DNA from: Candidatus Latescibacterota bacterium
GTDB lineage: Bacteria; Latescibacterota; UBA2968; UBA8231
Direction: 5' to 3'
DNA length: 64,000 nt
Assembly (NCBI GenBank): GCA_965248355.1
Contig: OZ252098.1
Span: 3,392,001 to 3,456,000, forward strand
Shown: one piece after another, positions 10,623-20,187 of the stretch
Position numbering within the stretch: the stretch's first letter is position 1
Layout of the letters: every line of letters starts with the position of its first letter
Notes under the pieces: model-generated
What the model saw: only the letters and a program-made list of their open reading frames with translations
The model's database searches: none
What the model was told of the DNA's origin: nothing
Translations under genes and position numbers: made by a program

Positions 10623-11783
10623 TCAGGAGGCATCTCCCAGGTAGCGCAGGGTCATGCAGGTGATGTCGTCGGACTGGGGGGCCTCGCCGGCATGGGCATG
10701 CACGGCCTCCACCACGCGGCGGCTGAAGTCGGCGGCGCTCGATCCGGCGGCCTCGGCCAGGACCCCGGTCAGCCTCTCGTCGCCGAACTCGACGCCGTTC
10801 GTGTCCATCGCCTCGTTGACGCCGTCGGTGTAGTAGAACAGCACGTCTCCCGGCTCCAGATCGAGGGTCCCCTCGGGGAACTCGAAGTCGGGCAACACCC
10901 CGAGGACCAGCCCCGGCGCGCAGTCGATCTGCCGCACCTCGCCGGACGGCTTGACCACGAACGGCAGGTTGTGGCCGGCGTTGGCGAACTCGAGGTGCCC
11001 CGTCATCGGATCGAGGTTCGTGTAGAACACGGTGACGAACATCGCCTCCTCGTTCGACTCCGCGAGCAGCTCGTTGACCTCTTTGAGGCACTTCGCCGGG
11101 TTGCTCTCGCCGATGGCGGTCCCCTTCATCAGGGTCCGGCTCACCATCATGAAGAGGGCGGCCGGCACTCCCTTCCCGGAGACGTCCGCCACCACGAGCC
11201 CCATGCGCTCGTCGGCGAGCCGGAAGAAGTCGTAGAAGTCGCCGCCGATCTCGCGGGCCGGGGTCATGGAGGCGTGAAGCTCGTACCTGGGGTTCTGGGG
11301 AAAGTCGGTGGGAAGGATGGACTCCTGCATCTGCGCCGCCACCCCGAGCTCCTGGCGCAAAGCCACCAGTTCGTCCCGGGACCGCAGCGCCTCACGCATC
11401 ACCAGAAGATGCTCGAGGGTCTTGTCGATCGTCGCCTCGAGATCGTCGAAGTCGATGGGCTTCGTCACGAAGTCGAAGGCGCCCCGGTTCATGGCGGTGC
11501 GGATGTTCTTCATGTCCCCGTACGCGGTGACCATCACCGCCCGCAGGTCGTACTCCAGATTGCCGAGCTGCTGCAGAAGGGTGAGCCCGTCCATCTCGGG
11601 CATGTTGATGTCCGACAGCACCAGGTCGACGTCGTCGTGTTCCTCGAGCTGCCTCAGGGCCTCGACCCCGTTCTGGGCGAAGATGAGGATGAGCTGTCCG
11701 GACCGGGTCTTGCGCCGGAACTTCTGCCGGAGCAGCAGTTCCAGATCCGGCTCGTCGTCCACGACAAGGATCTTCGGTACCAT
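10623..11783 (-). CDS. Response regulator receiver-SpoIIE/PP2C phosphatase (RsbU/RsbY-like)
   Basis: REC motifs LVVDDE, LSDINMP, TKP; PP2C motifs GGDFYD, DVSGKG, YTDG, SDDIT; GGAG upstream of ATG 11783. Confidence 0.92.
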   Translation of the reverse strand: MVPKILVVDDEPDLELLLRQKFRRKTRSGQLILIFAQNGVEALRQLEEHDDVDLVLSDINMPEMDGLTLLQQLGNLEYDLRAVMVTAYGDMKNIRTAMNRGAFDFVTKPIDFDDLEATIDKTLEHLLVMREALRSRDELVALRQELGVAAQMQESILPTDFPQNPRYELHASMTPAREIGGDFYDFFRLADERMGLVVADVSGKGVPAALFMMVSRTLMKGTAIGESNPAKCLKEVNELLAESNEEAMFVTVFYTNLDPMTGHLEFANAGHNLPFVVKPSGEVRQIDCAPGLVLGVLPDFEFPEGTLDLEPGDVLFYYTDGVNEAMDTNGVEFGDERLTGVLAEAAGSSAADFSRRVVEAVHAHAGEAPQSDDITCMTLRYLGDAS

Positions 11784-11958
11784 CGTCGCTCCAGGGTTGG
11801 ACATCTCGGTCGGCGATCTAAGGTACGCAAGACGATGATTGTAGCGCACGGCCTTTCTGAGCCGCAAGTGTACCCTCCCACGGGGCCCGCCTGGTTCTCT
11901 TTCACATTTTCCTGGGTATGATTTCCAGGATCGGCGGACGTCCAACGAGGAGGCAACG

Positions 11959-12185
11959 GTGACCCGGCCAGATGGCGGATTGAATCCTTCCGGAGCCCCC
12001 CGTCGGTCCGCGCAGCCGATTGCGATCATGGGCATGGCCTGCCGGTTCCCGGCGGAGGATCTCCCGGCCTTCTGGCGTCTGCTCGAAGCCGGCGGGAACG
12101 CGGTCACCGAGGTCCATCCGGGCTCAGGTGTCGGGAGAGCGGGCGAGTTGTTCCCGGACCCCGAGGCGCAGAACAAGGCCTGCCT
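11959..12185 (+). pseudogene. 5' fragment of a type I polyketide synthase (KS N-terminus)
   Basis: RBS GAGGAGG plus GTG start; [30 protein letters not shown] is the KS start, and similarity ends after ~75 codons. Confidence 0.8.
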
Positions 12186-12287
12186 CCTCGCCGGAGGGGT
12201 CCACTCGAAGAGAACGCGCCGGCATGAGTCCCGGTGTCCTCGGCTTGCCACCAGGGGCCGGCTGGCGAACACCCGGAGGACGGTTCC

Positions 12288-12500
12288 CTAACGCGTCACT
12301 CGCACCGTAACGACATCCAGTCCAGGAACTCCATCTCCACGGACCCTCCCTCGGGCTGGTCACCTCCAGGAAGGCCGTAAGGGCAATCGCCGTCGCCGTG
12401 CCAGGGGCCGACCAGCACGTCCTCGAAGATGTTGTGGTGCTTCATGCCGAGGCCGATGGAGAACGCCACTCCCGCCACGATGGCCTTCTGCAGATCGAGG
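12288..12500 (-). pseudogene. Deletion-collapsed remnant of a second NCS2-RsbW-like fusion gene
   Basis: Four ordered blocks match the C-terminal part of 5086-6828: LDLQKAIVAGVAFSIGLG, AIALTAFLEVTSPR, GSVEMEFL, LDVVTVRV*. Confidence 0.8.
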
Positions 12501-12570
12501 CAAGCCATGAGGATGCCCGTTGGCGTAGATCGACCCTGGAAGCGTCAGCCCCTTTCGAGGCGGATTCGGC

Positions 12571-13827
12571 TCAGGGCGCGAAGCGGTAGACCACCGGCAG
12601 CTTCGCGGTGTCCGTGACACCCGTGTCGGTGTGGTGGTAGATGTTCACCCTCCCCGTGCCGCAGTCCCCGAACTCGTCGCAGGAGAGAGCCCCGATGAGG
12701 CCTTGGAAGCCCTCCGTCGCCCCCAGTTCCTCGCGCAGGACGGCGCGGTCCACGCTCAGGGTCCCGGCGTCTTCCTCCGCGGCGGACTCGACGGCGCTGA
12801 GCAGCACCGTCGTGGCGTCGTAGGCGTGGGCCCAGTAGGGGGACGTGGGGGAGCCGCCGTACGTGGATTCATAGGCGGCAAGGACCTCCTCTGCGCTCTT
12901 TCCCGTGGCCCCATTGACGTTGGAGCCGAGGTCCGTCTCGGGCCCCGCGAAGTAGATGCCCTCCGATTGCGGCGTCCCCAGGAACTCCGACACGAGCAGG
13001 GCCGCGCCCGTGATGAGCGTCACCCCTTCCAGGCCGTCGAAGGACCGCGCCTGCTCGGCGAAGGGCGTGCCTTCGCCCTCGAAGAGCGGGAAGAAGAGGC
13101 CATCGGGCCCGGATTCCGCGAATTCCACCAGGACGGAGGTCATGTCCGTGGCGCCCTTCTCGATCGTGGAGATGGCCGGGACCTCACCCCCGATCTCGCG
13201 GAAGGCCGCGGCAAACGCGCTCACCAGGGCCGTGGTGTACGGGTCGCCGTCGTCGACGGCCGCCATGCGCCGCAGGCCCAGCTCGTTGTAGGCGAAGTCG
13301 GCCACCGCCCGCCCCTGGTAGAGGTCGTTGTTGGAGACGCGGAAGTAGCCGGGGTGGTAGTCGCGACTGGCGGTGCCGGCCAGGTCGGAGGTGAGCAGCG
13401 GCGAGGTGTTGCTCGGCGAGACCATCACCCGCCCCGCCTCGCTGAGCACCGGCGACGCGGCCACGGCCGCCGCCGAGCAGGAGGTGCCGATGACGCCCAG
13501 CACCTGGGCTTCGGCGGCGATCTGCTCGGCGCCGGTGCGGCCGCCCTCCGGCGTGCACATGGCGTCCAGGGATTCGCCGAGGTCGACGGCGTGACCCTGG
13601 ATGCTGCCGTAATCCCGCACGGCCAGCTCGCAGCCGTGGCGCAACGCCCCGCCAAGGGACGCTGCGCCGGTGATGGAAAGGAGCGACCGGATCTGCACCG
13701 CCTGGCCGGCGCCGATCTCCACGGCGCCGAGGGGTCCCGCCTTGCTGCCTGCCGGTTCATCCTCGCCGCATCCCGTCACCAGGACTAGGAGGAAGGGAAG
13801 CTGGACGCTTCTGATGGCCCTGGACAT
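12571..13827 (-). CDS. Branched-chain amino acid-type ABC substrate-binding lipoprotein
   Basis: Lipobox VTGC, GTSCS, SPSNTSP, YFRVSNND, AHAYDA. Confidence 0.88.
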   Translation of the reverse strand: MSRAIRSVQLPFLLVLVTGCGEDEPAGSKAGPLGAVEIGAGQAVQIRSLLSITGAASLGGALRHGCELAVRDYGSIQGHAVDLGESLDAMCTPEGGRTGAEQIAAEAQVLGVIGTSCSAAAVAASPVLSEAGRVMVSPSNTSPLLTSDLAGTASRDYHPGYFRVSNNDLYQGRAVADFAYNELGLRRMAAVDDGDPYTTALVSAFAAAFREIGGEVPAISTIEKGATDMTSVLVEFAESGPDGLFFPLFEGEGTPFAEQARSFDGLEGVTLITGAALLVSEFLGTPQSEGIYFAGPETDLGSNVNGATGKSAEEVLAAYESTYGGSPTSPYWAHAYDATTVLLSAVESAAEEDAGTLSVDRAVLREELGATEGFQGLIGALSCDEFGDCGTGRVNIYHHTDTGVTDTAKLPVVYRFAP

Positions 13828-14105
13828 GATCGTTCACCTCCTCGGGCTGCGGGCGCCCTGTGGACGCCACAGCCCAGGGTCAAGGGGTGGTCCGTAGCCG
13901 CCTCGTCTGCCGACCGAAGGTCTCGATGACCTCCAGTGTCTCGCGCACGTCGTCCCAGGTCAGCGAGAAAGTCCCCCGGAGCAACGTGGACGACACAAAG
14001 GCGCGGAAGGAGCGGCTCAACTGAAGGCCGCGGTCCGAGAGGTTGGGGTGGTTCGTAGGCTTCGAAGTTCATGCTTGGGGCCGGGCGGTGAATCACATAT
14101 CGGCT

Positions 14106-15483
14106 TCAGTCCGGGTCGCGGTAGTCTCCCCCCTGGTCGGGGTCAACCATGAGGGCGAACTCGGGGTAGGCGTCGATTCCCAGCTCGCCCGCGTCCTGCC
14201 CGATCTCCTCGACGTCGCGCGAGACCCTGAGGCCCAGGGCCCGGCTCAGACCCAACCACACCAGGAGGGAGGCGAAAAAGACAAAGGCGCCCACGCTCAG
14301 CACTCCGATGAGCTGCACCAGGAAGTTGCCCCCCCCCGGCGATGCAGACCGCCAGCGTGCCCCAGACCCCGGCGAAGAGATGGGCGGGGACCGCCCCGAC
14401 CACGTCATCGATCCGCATGCGCTCCAGCAGTTTCAATCCGGCCGTGCACAGGGCCGCGCCCACGGCGCCGATGACGATCGCCCACCTGGCATCGAGGATG
14501 TCCGGTCCCGCCGTGATCGCCACCAGGCCGGCGATGGCGCCGTTGAGGGCGGCGAAGAGATCGGTGCGGCCCAGGATGGGCCGGGACACGAAGATCGCCG
14601 TGACCACGCCCGCGGCGGCGGCGAGGTTGGTGTTGACGAGGATGTTGCTCATGGCCACCGCGTCGGCCACGCCGGAGAGGGCCAGCTGGGAGCCGCCGTT
14701 GAAGCCGAACCAGCCCAGCCAGAGGATGAAGACGCCGAGAGTGACCGCGGGGATGTTGGAGGGAGGCGTGATCTTCACCGAGCCGTCCTTGCGGAACTTG
14801 CCCCACCGCGGGCCCACGACGATGGCGCCGGCCAGGGCCGCCCAGCCCCCGGTCGAGTGGACGATGGTGGAGCCCGCGAAGTCCTGGAAGCCCATCTCCG
14901 AAAGCCATCCCCCGCCCCAGGTCCAGGCCCCGACGATGGGGTAGATGATCCCCGTCAGGACCGCGGTGAAGGCGAAGAACGCCCAGAGCTTGACCCGCTC
15001 CGCCAGCACCCCCGAGACGATCGAGGCGGTAGTGGCCACGAAAACCATCTGGAAGAACCAAAAAGACATGGTGGAGTAGTTGTTGGCCACCACCCCGGCC
15101 AAGGCCCCCTCGTCTCCGTCCAGGAGGGCGATCTCTCCGTCGGACAGGCCGTAGAAAAGGTCGAGAGAGCCGATCAGGGCCCCCACGTCGACGTACATCA
15201 GGCTGTAGCCCAGGATGTAGTAGGTGAGCCCGGCGATGGCGTACAGGCCGATGTTCTTGAGGCAGATCATGGAGGCGTTCTTGGACCGCACCGAGCCGGA
15301 CTCCAGCATGGTGAACCCGGCGCACATCCACATCACCAGGGCGCCCCAGACCAGGAACGAGAATGTGTTGAGGACGAAGCCGGTCTGCTCCTCCGTGGCC
15401 GCGGCCGGTGACGGCGCCAGCAGAATCCCGACGGCGAAGAGGCCGGCGGCGGCCATGGCGGATCGGTGTTGGCGCAGGTTCAT
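14106..15483 (-). CDS. amtB: Ammonium transporter, frameshifted at G9 tract (14329-14337)
   Basis: AGFTMLESG, FQMVF, SGVLAER, DFAGSTIVH, GWFGFNGGS, IDDVVGAVPAH. Last TM helix and EEIGQD tail are in another frame ending at 14106. Confidence 0.92.
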
Positions 15484-15627
15484 CGGGTGTGCTCCTCAAG
15501 CAGGTTTCGTGTTCCCATTCCGGGGTTGAGATGCAGTACGCCCGATCGGCGGCCCCAGGACGGGGTGCTGCGCCGGCGGACATCCCGCGGCGGCGAGAAG
15601 GCCGGTCCGGTGCACGCCATGGGAGTC

Positions 15628-15963
15628 TTATCCGAAACTGTCGCGGGCCTCCTCGACCGTGTCGAAGACCTTCGCCAGGCGCGAGAAGCCGCTGATCTCC
15701 AGCACCTCCAGGATGTGGTCGGGCACCCGGCACAGGGCCAGCCCCCCGCCGGCGGCGCTCGTCTTCCTGATGGCGATCAGGAAGACCCGCAGCCCCGCAC
15801 TGCTGATGTAGTTGAGCTCGCCGCAATCGACCACGAGTCCGGTGGACCCCTTGTCGATAATGGCGCTCAGCTCTTCTTCGAATTCCTTGGCGTTCGCGGA
15901 ATCCACGCGGCCGCTGACTGCGGCGACGGCCGTGGTTCCGGTGTGACTGGTCTCAACGTTCAT
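15628..15963 (-). CDS. STAS-domain anti-sigma-factor antagonist (RsbV/SpoIIAA-like)
   Basis: GRVDSANA, YISSAGLRV phosphoacceptor motif, EISGF; start overlaps the RsbW stop. Confidence 0.92.
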   Translation of the reverse strand: MNVETSHTGTTAVAAVSGRVDSANAKEFEEELSAIIDKGSTGLVVDCGELNYISSAGLRVFLIAIRKTSAAGGGLALCRVPDHILEVLEISGFSRLAKVFDTVEEARDSFG

Positions 15964-16409
15964 GCATCGTCCTCCGGAGTCTCCAAGGGCTGCACGAGGT
16001 TCAGGCGATTGCACCCGTCCACCCGCTCATACGTGAGCTTGTGAACGAATGCCTTGGTGAGATGGATGCCGAGGCCACCGATGGGACGGCCCGAGGCAGG
16101 AAGGTCCACATCGGGGTCGGCGGCGTCCTCGAGCGGGTTGAATGGTTTTCCATTGTCCTGAATGACGGCCTCCACTTCGGTGTCGCTGAGGTGGAGGGTC
16201 ACGGTGATGATCGGATCCCGCGTGTCCTCCTCGAACCCGTAGGAAATCACGTTCGTCAGTATCTCGTCCAGCGCCAGCTGGAACCCGAATATCGTCCTCT
16301 CCGGAAGCCCGTTCTCGGCTCCGAAACGTTCGAACTGCTCCGCGATTCGCCTTGGCTCCTCGCTGTCGAGCCCGACGTCAAACTTCAGATTGACATCCAT
16401 TTTGGTCAT
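15960..16409 (-). CDS. Anti-sigma factor Ser kinase (RsbW-like, HATPase_c_2)
   Basis: LALDEILTNVISYG, DNGKPFNP, GGLGIHL. Confidence 0.92.
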   Translation of the reverse strand: MTKMDVNLKFDVGLDSEEPRRIAEQFERFGAENGLPERTIFGFQLALDEILTNVISYGFEEDTRDPIITVTLHLSDTEVEAVIQDNGKPFNPLEDAADPDVDLPASGRPIGGLGIHLTKAFVHKLTYERVDGCNRLNLVQPLETPEDDA

Positions 16410-16543
16410 CCCCAGCCCGGACAGCCGCCCCTCGGCCGCCAGGAAAGATCATAAGGTCTCCTGCCGGCCACAAGAAGCCTGGCAGGGCGTGAAATTGTTA
16501 CTCGCCAAGTTTGACCGGCTGTCCTACAGTAGGGGGGTTCAGC

Positions 16544-16580
16544 AGCAATTGCAAAATTGCTCTTGCCTAAAAAATAGGCA
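16544..16580. promoter_or_regulatory. Two adjacent palindromes; the second resembles an NtrC-type operator
   Basis: AGCAATT-GCAA-AATTGCT (16544-16561) and TGCCTA-AAAAA-TAGGCA (16564-16580), in the AT-rich divergent intergenic region. Confidence 0.5.
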
Positions 16581-16587
16581 TTGTTTT

Positions 16588-17441
16588 GAACCTATCTCAA
16601 AATCACTACACATAACCTTGAGTTCTGATTGCTGATGATGTACCATTACTGTATGGTTACTCTGACCGACCAGCAATGGGAACGGATCCGTCATCACTTT
16701 CCTGAGGAGCATCGCCCCGGGAGCCATCCGGGTCGTAAACCGATTGCCACCCGTGACGTTCTTGAAGCTGTGCTTTGGATTCTCAATACCGGGGCTCAAT
16801 GGCATATGTTGCCGCAGTGCTATCCGAACTACAAAACCGTGCATCGCCGTTTTCAAAATTGGTGTCGTCAAGGGGTGTTACGCGAAGTTCTCGTGGACCT
16901 GGCCCAGACTCTTCACGAGCAAGGGGACTTGGACGAATCGGAAGCTTTCATTGATGGCATGTTCTCGGCGGCCAAGGGTGGAGGTGCCGATATCGGCCAC
17001 ACCAAGCGAGGCAAGGGCGTACGAGTCATGGGGATCGTGGACCGCCATGGGCTTCCCTTGTCGGTGAGCACGCATGCAGCGAACCATCATGAAGTGACGC
17101 TGGTTCAGTTGACGTTTGACTTCTACCTGATCGAAGACAAACCCAAGAACTTGATTGGAGACAAAGCCTACGACAGCGACCCGTTAGATGAGGAGCTGAA
17201 GAAAGAAGGGGTCGAGATGATCGCTCCCCATCGCCAGAACCGAACCAAGAAAAAGACTCAGGACGGACGCCGATTGCGTCGCTATGTGCGGCGTTGGATG
17301 GTGGAGAGATTCTTCGCTTGGCTTCAATGGCAGCGTCGAGTGATCACTCGCTGGGAATTGTATCCGGAGAATTTTCTTGGCTTCGTCCAACTTGCCTCCA
17401 TCCTGATTTTACTTAAGCAATTTCAATTTTGAGATAGGTTC
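16588..17441 (+). mobile_element. IS5-family insertion sequence, 854 bp
   Basis: Perfect 16-bp IRs GAACCTATCTCAAAAT / ATTTTGAGATAGGTTC, TT on both flanks, lower GC than surroundings. Confidence 0.92.
16653..17432 (+). CDS. IS5-family transposase
   Basis: LTDQQWERI, TGAQWHMLP, IDG, GDKAYDS, RWMVERFFAW. Confidence 0.93.
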   Translation: MVTLTDQQWERIRHHFPEEHRPGSHPGRKPIATRDVLEAVLWILNTGAQWHMLPQCYPNYKTVHRRFQNWCRQGVLREVLVDLAQTLHEQGDLDESEAFIDGMFSAAKGGGADIGHTKRGKGVRVMGIVDRHGLPLSVSTHAANHHEVTLVQLTFDFYLIEDKPKNLIGDKAYDSDPLDEELKKEGVEMIAPHRQNRTKKKTQDGRRLRRYVRRWMVERFFAWLQWQRRVITRWELYPENFLGFVQLASILILLKQFQF

Positions 17442-17474
17442 TTAATACCATTTGGTCGGGAATGGAGGTGCTCC

Positions 17475-20139
17475 ATGTTTCCATTTGGCCTGGCGCCCCT
17501 GAGTCTTGTCCTCGTCGCTTCACTCCTCGTCGGGATCCCGGCCTGGTCCGAGGAGGCTGCGGAGGAGGACGAGGGCACCGGCAAGGACGGGGCCTACACC
17601 GACGATGTGTACATAATGGAGGAATCCATCGTGGTGGGGACCCGGCATGCGCCCCGCTCCGAGAAGGATTCGGCCGCGCCCGTCGACGTGCTCAACTCGG
17701 AAGAGTTGCTCACCCAGGCGGCCGTCGACATGGACGACATCCTGCGCAACCTGACCCCGTCGTACAACATCCAGCGCCACGGCATCGACGACGAGGCGAC
17801 CCTGGTGCGCCCCGCCACCCTCCGGGGTCTGCCGCCGGACAACCTGCTGGTGCTGGTCTACGGCAAGCGGCGCCACCGCTCCGGGGGTCATCGCCCTGCT
17901 GGGCAGCTCCCTCAATACCGGCTCGCAAGGTCCCGATCTGAGCGTGATCCCGGCCATCGCCATCGCCCAGATGGAGCTTCTCCGGGACGGCGCCGCCGCC
18001 CAGTACGGCTCGGACGCCATCGCCGGTGTCCTCAACCTGAGGTTGCGGGACGCCTCCGAAGGGGTGCGGCTGGAGACCCGGGCGGGGGAGTACTTCGAGG
18101 GGGACGGCCGCCTGACCCAGGTCGCCGCCAACGTCGGCCTGCCGCTCACCCGGGACGGGTTCCTCAATCTCAGCGTCGAGTACCGCCAGAGCGATCCGAC
18201 CATCCGCAGCGGCCAGCGGGCCAACGCCGAGGCGCTCAGGTCCAGGGGATATCCCGTCCAGGAGCCGGCCCAGATCTGGGGCAGCCCCGACATCGACGGC
18301 GTCTGGAACACCTTCCTCAACACCGGTGTGGATCTCGGCATCGGGGCGCAAGCCTACGGTTTCGGAGGCTGGGCGAAGCGGCGCGCCGAGGGGGGCTTCT
18401 TCTTCCGCGCCCCGGGCACCTCGTCGGCGCGCAGCAGCGTCTTCCGGATCGGCACCGAACGGGCCGTCGCCGATCTCGACCTCGACGACGATATCGATCC
18501 CGCGGAGCTGGAGGTGCCCTCCCTGGACGCCGGCTTCGAGGAGGTGGAGGCTTTCGTCTCCCAGTACGAGGGCAAGCTCTTCCTCTTCAACGAGCGCTTC
18601 CCCGGCGGCTTCACGCCCCGCTTCGGGGCCGAGATCCGCGACCTGAGCCTGGTGGCGGGCCTGCGCGGCGAGCGCCCCGGCGGCCTCAAGTGGGACGCCA
18701 GCCTCAGCGGCGCCCGCAGCAACATCGAGTTCTTCATCTTCAACACCATCAACGCCTCCCTGGGTCCGGACACGCCGACCTCCTTCCGCCCCCGCGACTA
18801 CATCCAGACCGAGGTGGCGGCCAACCTCGACTTCTCCTACGCGGTGGAGGTGGCCGCCCTGGCCTCGCCCCTGGGCCTCGCCTGGGGGGCGGAATGGCGC
18901 CAGGAGACCTTCGAGTCCGTGGCCGGGGACGAACCCTCCTACGTGGTGGGCCCCTTTGCCGCCCAAGGCTTCAGCAGCGGCTCCAACGGCTACCAGGGGC
19001 TGGATCCGAGAAACGCCGGCCAGTGGGACCGCCCCAACTACGCCCTCTACCTGGACCTGCAGGCCGACGTGGTGCCGCGGCTGCAGCTGGGCACGGCGGT
19101 GCGCTACGAGGACTTCTACTCAGACTTCGGCAATACCCTCAACGGCAAGCTCTCGGCCTTGTTCCGGGCCACCGACCGGGTCAACCTGCGCTCGACGGTG
19201 AGCACCGGATTCCGCGCCCCTTCCCCCGGGCAGGCGAATCTGCGCGCCGTCACCACCGGGTTCTCGGGCACCGGCGGTCTGACCGAGCAGGGGCAGGTGC
19301 CGCCCACCCATCCCATCGCCGCGGCCCTGGGCGGCGTGGAGCTGACCGAGGAAAAGTCCCTGGGATTCTCGGTGGGCACCGCCATGGAGCTCTCCGACGA
19401 CATCGATCTCACCCTCGACTACTTCGACATCGCCATCGAGGACCGCATCGCCCTGACCGGGAACATCAGCGTCACCGACCAGATCGCCGGGATCATCCGC
19501 GAGGAGGAAGCCCTGCAGGGCGTCAGCGTTCTCCAGGAGGTCAAGTTCTTCTCCAACGACTTCGATACCCGCACCCGGGGCCTCGACCTGGTGCTGTCGT
19601 GGACGCGCACCTGGAACCGCCGGTCCCAGTCCCACCTCGATCTGGCCTGGAACTGGACCCGGACCACCCTCGAGGATTTCTCCGAGAAGCGGACGGTCGG
19701 CGGGTTTCTCGGCAAGCCCCTGGACGAGCCGATCGACTTCACCCTCATGACCCCCCGGCGCGAGGTGGAGCTGGAGGAGATGAACCCCGAGCACCGCCTG
19801 GTGCTCACCGGCAGCCACCAGCTGGACCCCTGGAACGCCATGGTGCGGCCCAGTTACTTCAGCGCCTGGAAGGCCTGCCGCTTCCAGGACAACACCTGTG
19901 GAGATCTCGATCCCTTCGACGGCGGCGTCATCGTCGACGCCGAGGTCGGCTACCTCCTCGGCGAGCGCTACCGGATCGGGGTGGGAGCGCAGAACATCCT
20001 CGACTCGGTGCCCGAGGTCGTCCCCGGGACTCCAGACAATCCCTCGGAGACCGAGGGCCAGGGCAACCTGCGCCCGGAGAGCACCCCCTGGGACTACAAC
20101 GGCGCCTTCTGGTACACCCGCTTGTTCATCGATTTCTAA
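17475..20139 (+). CDS. TonB-dependent receptor, frameshifted at G5 (17883-17887)
   Basis: Signal peptide and plug start (VVGTR, LRGLPPD, GKRRHRS) in one frame. LRDGAAAQYGSDAIAGVLN and a barrel ending in C-terminal F in another frame. Paralog of the next gene. Confidence 0.88.
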
Positions 20140-20187
20140 CGCATTTTCTTCCCCGAACCAACATTCCCCGGACGGAGGACCACTCCG

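Noticed and set aside
16410..16587. Sigma54 promoter or riboswitch in the divergent region
   Set aside because: No GG-N10-GC with a good consensus and no recognisable aptamer; a covariance-model search would be needed.
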